DNA from: an uncultured Rhodanobacteraceae bacterium
GTDB lineage: Bacteria; Pseudomonadota; Gammaproteobacteria; Xanthomonadales; SZUA-5
Assembly (NCBI GenBank): GCA_937928755.1
Contig: CALEZI010000050.1
Span: 2,361 to 66,360, forward strand
DNA: 64,000 nt
Direction of reading: 5' to 3'
In this document: positions 63,646-64,000 of the stretch, piece after piece
Position numbering within the stretch: the first letter of the stretch is position 1
Layout: every line of letters begins with the position of its first letter
Position numbers and translations under genes: made by a program
Notes under the pieces: generated by a model
What the model was told of the DNA's origin: nothing
The model's database searches: none
What the model saw: only the letters and a program-made list of their open reading frames with translations

Positions 63646-64000
63646 ATGCGCAAGATACAATCCGGATTCACCTTGATCGAACTGATGATCGTGGTCGCGA
63701 TCATTGCCATCCTTGCGGCGATCGCCATACCGGCATACCAGGATTACGTGATCCGGGCACAGGTATCCGAAGGTCTGAGCCTGGTCGGAGGCACCAAGCT
63801 TGCGATTGCCGAGTTCTATCAGGCGCGTGGCCGTTTTCCAGCCAGCAATGTGTCGGCGAATGTTGCCGAATCGCAGTCGATCCGGGGCAACTTCGTGACC
63901 CGGGCAAACGTCACTGCCAGCGGCGTGATCACGATCACTTACGGCTTCGGCGCCAATCAGAAGATCACCAGTTCCACCATCCAGTTGATTCCGACGGACC
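63646..64000 (+). CDS. pilA: type IVa major pilin PilA (5' part; continues beyond the window)
   Basis: Absent from the ORF track because there is no stop in the window. The ATG at 63646 gives [43 protein letters not shown], a class III signal peptide with a [10 protein letters not shown] cleavage/methylation site. Confidence 0.9.
   Translation, partial: MRKIQSGFTLIELMIVVAIIAILAAIAIPAYQDYVIRAQVSEGLSLVGGTKLAIAEFYQARGRFPASNVSANVAESQSIRGNFVTRANVTASGVITITYGFGANQKITSSTIQLIPTD

Overview
High-GC gammaproteobacterial chromosome segment (about two-thirds G+C by eye). The gene order looks like Xanthomonadales/Lysobacterales: xdhABC-add, pepA-holC divergent from lptF-lptG, uraD-puuE, ilvIH, glyQS, nadE, sucCD-pilS-pilR-pilA. 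I call about 40 protein-coding genes. I saw no rRNA, tRNA, CRISPR array, transposase or integrase. Three things stand out. (1) A ~24 kb accessory block (17.2-41.3 kb) lies between puuE and ilvI. It encodes five large signal-peptide proteins with unrelated heads: PPC-like repeats, a PD40 propeller, a Lys-C-type serine protease, a BNR/Asp-box propeller and an RCC1 propeller. All five share one ~225-240 aa module (CPAGF...LAGGLNFGG...GFAAF...FYEATVAP...GGFQGGAVVGGYH...GFAAFCL...DLRL, two invariant Cys) that I cannot assign to a named family. Interleaved genes are a transmembrane Ser/Thr kinase translationally coupled to a secreted coiled-coil protein, a FadL-type outer-membrane barrel, a 2OG-Fe(II) oxygenase and two SAM methyltransferases. 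This is my best candidate for an undescribed system. (2) The pilin locus is atypical. A GT-C-like polytopic membrane protein is inserted convergently between pilS and pilR, and a TfpX/TfpZ-type accessory gene sits upstream of pilA. This suggests pilin glycosylation. A paralog of the GT-C-like gene sits next to ilvH. (3) Nearly every intergenic gap is filled by one of at least six palindromic repeat families. These include an in-frame REP doublet inside xdhB, polypurine/polypyrimidine hairpin elements wedged exactly between stop and start codons, and strictly periodic 41- and 46-bp arrays that mimic CRISPR. In addition, sucD lacks a stop codon and reads in frame into an Ala/Lys/Pro-rich histone-H1-like repeat gene. 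All calls come from reading the ORF translations and the DNA by eye; no searches were run.
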